DNA of 64,000 nucleotides from Neocallimastix sp. 'constans' (lineage: Eukaryota). The translations under genes and the position numbers were made by a program. The stretch lies in NCBI GenBank assembly GCA_050613775.1, contig JBODTK010000153.1:310001-374000 (forward strand), read 5' to 3'. Of this stretch, positions 53,216-64,000 are shown one piece after another. The notes under the pieces were generated by a model. The model was not told where the DNA came from and searched no databases. It saw only the letters and a list, made by a program, of their open reading frames with translations. Each line of letters starts with the position of its first letter. The first letter of the stretch is position 1.

Positions 53216-53538
53216 ACAAAAAAAAAAAAACCAAAAAAAAAAAAAAAAAAAAAAATCATAAGATGCACTTTCGATTTACCTTGTATGGTAAATCGAAATT
53301 TTTATGGTATGGTAGAAGATCTTTTACAACAGAAAGAGGTCAACGTCAAATCGATGTGAATGAGGAACTCCTATTACTAGTTCTTTGAGTACGTCATATA
53401 CAAATAGTAATTATCATTCTTCACAAATATAATCTATATAAATAATCTATAGTAATTGATTCTCCTGATAATTTTTTTTATTTAAGGGAGAGTTTAATTG
53501 GACACTATACTACCTACTTTATAGATATTTTCTTTATA

Positions 53539-53578
<40 letters not shown>

Positions 53579-54296
53579 TTTTTTTAATTTTTTTTTTTGT
53601 ATAAAAATAATTTAATTTCATATCATAATACAAATAATTTTTATAAAATTTTTATGATAAAACATTAACTTAAAAATAAAATAGAATTATTGAAAGTAAA
53701 ACTTGATAAAAAAATATCCATAAATACGTTTTTATTTCAATATACATATAATGTATTTTTAATATTTATAGAGTAATTTTTATAATTATTTATCATAATT
53801 TAAATTTAATTTTTATAATTATTATATTATTTATTATTTATATTATTATATTAATTTAAAGAATTTATATATATGAATATAATATTTAAACAAGCCACAT
53901 TCATCAATATGTAGTGGCGTATTTCATTTTTAATATATTTTCTTCAATATTTATTATTAATTTTTGAAAATAATTAAATATTTAATATCATAATCAAAAA
54001 AAATTTTTTTTTAAAAAAAGAATAAATAATTGTAAAAAAAAAATAATAAAAAAAAAAAAAGTGTTTATGGATTATTTACAAGGAATAATTAATTAGATTT
54101 TTTAATTTTATTTTTGATTTTATTTTTTATTTTCATTATATAGAAAAATTATATATTAAATTAAATAAAATACAACACTATATATATATAAAATAAAAAA
54201 TAAAATAGAGAAAATAAAAAAAAAATAGAAGTAATAAAAAAAGAATAATAAATAACAATTATATATATATAAAAAAATAAAAAAAATTCAAGAAAA

Positions 54297-57514
<3,218 letters not shown>

Positions 57515-57829
57515 TTTTATAGATTTTGTTAGTTTAATATTATTATCAATTACTTTATATATATATTATAATATAAATATTAAATTAATATAAAATATAT
57601 AACAATTTTTTTCTTTTTTTTTTTTTTTATGTCTTTTTGTATTCAAATTAATAAAATTTAAGCAAATATAATAAAATATAAAAAAAAGTTTAAAACAAAA
57701 AAATTATAAAAATTTATTTTTTAAATTGTATTAGAAAAAGATAAGAATTTGTAATAATAATCAATAAAAAAAAATAAATAAAAAAATAAATAAATCAATA
57801 AATAAATAAAATAAATAAATAAATAAATA

Positions 57830-58027
<198 letters not shown>

Positions 58028-58540
58028 AGATAATAATAATAGCAAAAATAATAAAAATAAAATAAAACAAATATATAATAATATTTTAATATTTCAATTT
58101 TCATTTTTTCACAGTCAGTAATATTTAAATGATATATAAAACAAAAAACAAAAAAAAAACATAAAAAAATTGTTAAGGTTTTAGGTAATTTTTTTTTTTT
58201 TTTTGAAGATAATTATTTCATTTTTTTTTTTTTTTAATGTAAAATAAAGTACATTTTAATACATTTCAATACATTAATCTACTACATTATTTTTTAATTT
58301 AGGTGATTCTGGATAATATATATATGTTTATTATTAATAAGATTACATCGATTTTTAATAATTGATTGAATTTGAATTAAATTTGAATTTTTTAACCAAT
58401 AGTATTACAGAAATTGTTCGATACTGCTTTTTTTTTTTTTTTTTTTAAAATTTAAATATAATCCACTATTATTACATTTTTTTATTTACACAAAATATAT
58501 AATAAAAAATAAAAAAAAGGAAAATTATATTTAATTCAGA

Positions 58541-59962
58541 ATGACAATCGAAATTACATTTAAACATGATACTGAAAAGTATCCAACAAAAATAAAAGTA
58601 TATATAAATATAAATAAATATATATATATAAACAATATGTTATTGAAATTTATAAAAAATGATATAAAATATTTAAATATGAAATAATTAAATAATAATA
58701 AAATTATGAAATTGAAATTTTAAAATTTCATTAATTTAATTTTTTTTTTTTATTTTATTCTTTTCTATTTAAAATTTAATTGAATAAATTATAATTATTA
58801 TTAAAATATATATTTTTAAGATTAATAATATTTTATAATGTTCGGATAAGTTAAAGTATTTTATTAATATATTTTATAATTTTACTTATAATTTTATTAT
58901 CAATAATAATAGGATTTATTAAAAAAGTACGGTATTCGTACTGATATTTCTAATGAAGAAGCTGTTCAAATTCTTCAACGTACTCCACAATTTGTTCAAG
59001 ATACTCAAGACTATGCCCAAGAAAGAGAAAATTATAAGAAAATGTCAAATGAAGAATTATTAAAGCTTCCACAATGTGATGAAAAATGGATTATGTCTTA
59101 CAATAAATCTAAAATTATTATTGTCGATGAAAAAACTGAATTAACTAGAATTTCTTTTGAATCAAAGGATTTAGAACAAGAAGAAGTTTTAAAGGCTATT
59201 GCTATGTCTATGGCAATTCCACTTGAAAACACTGGACCATGCCGTATTCCAAAGTAAAATAAATTAAAATACAAAAATTAATAATAATAATATTTTTTTT
59301 TAAAGGTTAATAAAACTAATTAAAAAAAACTTTTATTAATGAAATTAATCATAATAATATATAATATATAAATATATAAATATATAAATATATAAATATA
59401 TAAATATTTAATGTTTTTAAATTAAAAAAAAATTCAGCATTTTAGCTATTAGTAAAGACTTTGAAAAGTTATTTAATGTTATTACTCAATATCTTCAACA
59501 ATTCAAAGTAGATTGTGAAATTGATGGCAAGATTGTTCCAAAGGAAGAAATTATTAAGGCTTCTAGAAAACTTACTCCAGAACAAAATAAAATTGAAGAT
59601 GAAGCTGAAGACATTAAAAAGCAAGGAAATCTTCATTTCATTAAAAAAGAAAATAAAGAAGCTATTGAATTATATACTAAAGCTATTGAACTTCTTTCTA
59701 AGGAAGGTCTTTACACTAATAATGAACCAAAGGAATTATTAGGTGTTCTTTATTCTAATCGTGCTGCTGCTTACTTGAATCTTGAAGATAACAAAAATGC
59801 TCTTGAAGATGCTGAAAGTTCATTAAAATATAAACCATTCTGGGATAAAAGGTAAGAAAAAAATATTTTGTAAAAAAAAATAAAAAATAAATAATAAAAT
59901 AAAGTGAAAAAATAAAATTAATAATTAGATAATTACATAAAAAAATATCAAAAAAAAAAAAA

Positions 59963-59993
<31 letters not shown>

Positions 59994-60784
59994 TTCTCAT
60001 TGAATATTTAATTGAATATCTAATTTTTTAATATATATAAATAAATAATTTTTTTTTTTTTAAAATATAAAATAAATTATAAAAAAAATATAGTCATTTC
60101 AGAAAGACTAAGGCTTTATTAGCATTAAATAGAAAAAAGGATGCTATTAAATCTTTATGTAATGTTTTAAAGGCTGAAGATTTAACTGAAGATGAAGAAA
60201 AGCGTCTCTTAAATATTTTAATTGATGTCACTGGATTAAATTCAGATAAAGTTGACGATATTGTTGCTGTTATTGATGATCACCGTTATGAAAAAGAAGA
60301 TGCTTTATTAATTGCTGCTTGTCATCAATTATTAAAATTAGTATTAAATGAAGAAGGTTTAATTAAAAAGAAGGAGGTTACTGAAGAAGAAGCCAATGCT
60401 CAAGCTCAAGAAATTACTGATAAAATTATTAAACAATTAGCTGCTAAAGAAAAAGCTAGTGATGAAAACCGTCCAATAGATTCAGAAGAAGTTCGTAAAC
60501 AAATTGCTGAAGATGAACCAGAATGGGCTGGTGAAGAACAAATGCTTAAGGGTTTAAAGAAAATGCATATTCAAAAAGATTTTGTTGAACGTGGTATTGC
60601 TGACAGACTTGCTCAACGTTTCATTAAACATAAGAATCCAATTTTACAACAATATGGTAGACAGTTTGCTGAAACTCACTTTGCTTGGTCTGAAGAAGGT
60701 CAAAAGGCCTATAATGAGCAAGGTTTTGAATTATTTGCTGAAGATTTAGGTATTAATGGTGCTATGAGAATGGGTTTCCTTTAA
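58541..60784 (+). CDS. TPR-domain protein (Hsp70/Hsp90 co-chaperone-type 3xTPR); exons 58541-58597, 58913-59253, 59438-59851, 60094-60784
   Basis: AEDIKKQGNLHFIKKENKEAIELYTKAIEL, VLYSNRAAAYLNLEDNKNALEDAESSLKYKPFW and KSHFRKTKALLALNRKKDAIKSL. Phase-consistent GT-AG introns. Confidence 0.88.
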
Positions 60785-60843
60785 ATAATTAGAATTACTA
60801 ATATTTATTTAAAACTTATCATTAATTATTAAATATTTTTTGC

Positions 60844-60874
<31 letters not shown>

Positions 60875-61199
60875 AATAAAAAATTAAAAACAAACAAAAA
60901 CAAAACAAAAATTAAATTTATTCTATTTAAAAGTATAAATATAATAGATATCATTAATATAAAGTAATATATAATATAAATATACTGAATCATTATATTT
61001 AAAATATAAATTTTATGAAGGAAAAAAAATAAGAAATAAAACTTTATAAAAAAAATTTAAATAATGTTATGATATAATTTTAAAATTAATATGGAAAAGA
61101 TGTTATAATAACTTTATAACAATTAAAACCTTCTCATTTTAAAAAAAACTCTATATAAAAATAGCGCAAATAAATAATTACAATTTTATATATTATTGT

Positions 61200-61242
<43 letters not shown>

Positions 61243-62540
61243 TAATTTTTTAATTTTTTATTTTTTTTTTTATTTTATTTATTTATTTATTATTAAAATT
61301 AGTCTATCTAATAGAAAAAAGTAATTTTTCTAAAATATCTTTGAAAAAATATAATAATAAAGTATTTAATGAAAATAAATAATAAAATAATAAATAATAA
61401 AATAAAAGTTAATTTAAATATTTGAATATATATTATATTATTTAATTTTATTTAATTTTTTTTTAGAAAATTGAAATTAAATTTCACTTTTTTCTTCTTT
61501 TTTTAAAGCTTTTGAATATTAATTATATATATTAAAGTATTATTCAATATTTAATTTATATGATACTTTTATAATTAAATCTATAAAAAGTTTATAATAT
61601 ATATAATTTTTTTTATACTGTTTTAATAAAATTAATATTATATGAAGGATTTGTCTTATTTTTATTTTTTTTTTTTTATAAAATTTTGCATTCAGCAATC
61701 AATAGCATATTGCGTGATTATAATAGGCATAAATAACTGCAACAATAATATTATTTTACAAATTATTTCATGTATATTTAAATTGTGTAATGTTGTAATA
61801 TGTCATTTATCTTTTTCTAATTATATATATAATATATTTTAAATAAATGAAAATTAAACAAAAACTATATAGAAAAAATATTTCAATTTCACATTTTATA
61901 TATATATATATATTATATTATATTATATTATATTATATTATATTATTTTTTTATTTTTTTTATTTTTTAATTTATTTTATTTTATTTTTTTTTTTTTGGT
62001 TTATAAAATAAGTATTGTTGAAGGTAAATTGTAATAAGTACAATATCAAAAAATATAAGTTATTGAAATTTTTGTTATTATTCTAAATTCATTTTTAAAG
62101 CATATATTAAAATGCTTTATTGAATTATATAATGAATAAAATATTTATATTACTATTAAAATTATTATATTTGCTTCTGATGGATGAGAGTTATATTTAT
62201 ATAATATTTTTTTAATTATATATATTTTTATTTTTTTAAAAATATTTATATTACTATTAAAAAACCAAAAAAAAAAAAAAAAAAAACGTTTAAAATATAT
62301 TTAATTAAAATTTAAAGATTTATTTGACCAATTATTAAATTTCTATATTATTTAAATATGTAATTTAATTTATTCAAAAATTCATAAAATCTTAAGATAT
62401 AGAAAAAGCATAATTTTTAAATATATATATATATATATATTTTTTTATTTTAATAAATTTTATACTTACTCATATTTAAATATAGTTTTATCATAATAAA
62501 AGGAAGAATTATAAATTTTTATAATTTGAAAATTTTAAAA

Positions 62541-64000
<1,460 letters not shown>

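Overview
Extremely AT-rich, intron-containing eukaryotic DNA. The composition, intron style and gene content point to an early-diverging fungus, most likely an anaerobic gut fungus (Neocallimastigomycota); this is an inference. Seven host genes are recognisable, all on the + strand: the last exon of RPS23, a 2-exon malic enzyme with no apparent organellar presequence, an intronless 3xKH-domain RNA-binding protein with very large Asn-rich insertions, a 2-exon type III glutamine synthetase, a 9-exon GPI transamidase subunit PIG-U/GAB1, a 4-exon TPR protein, and the 5' part of NUP37, which needs a 5-nt micro-exon to stay in frame. The most notable non-genic structure is three piles of nested non-LTR retrotransposon (LINE) copies from several families (my labels A, A', B, C, D, E) at about 13.2-23.2 kb, 37.5-41.3 kb and 51.5-53.5 kb. 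Each pile begins 0.7-1.2 kb downstream of a host stop codon, and every recognisable copy lies in the sense orientation. Within them I find target-site duplications, a chimeric A+B insertion, a B/C recombinant and conserved 3' motifs. Also present are a Mutator-like MITE with a 9-bp TSD, LTR-retrotransposon remnants, palindromes and many micro- and minisatellites. All calls are from manual reading; no database searches were run.
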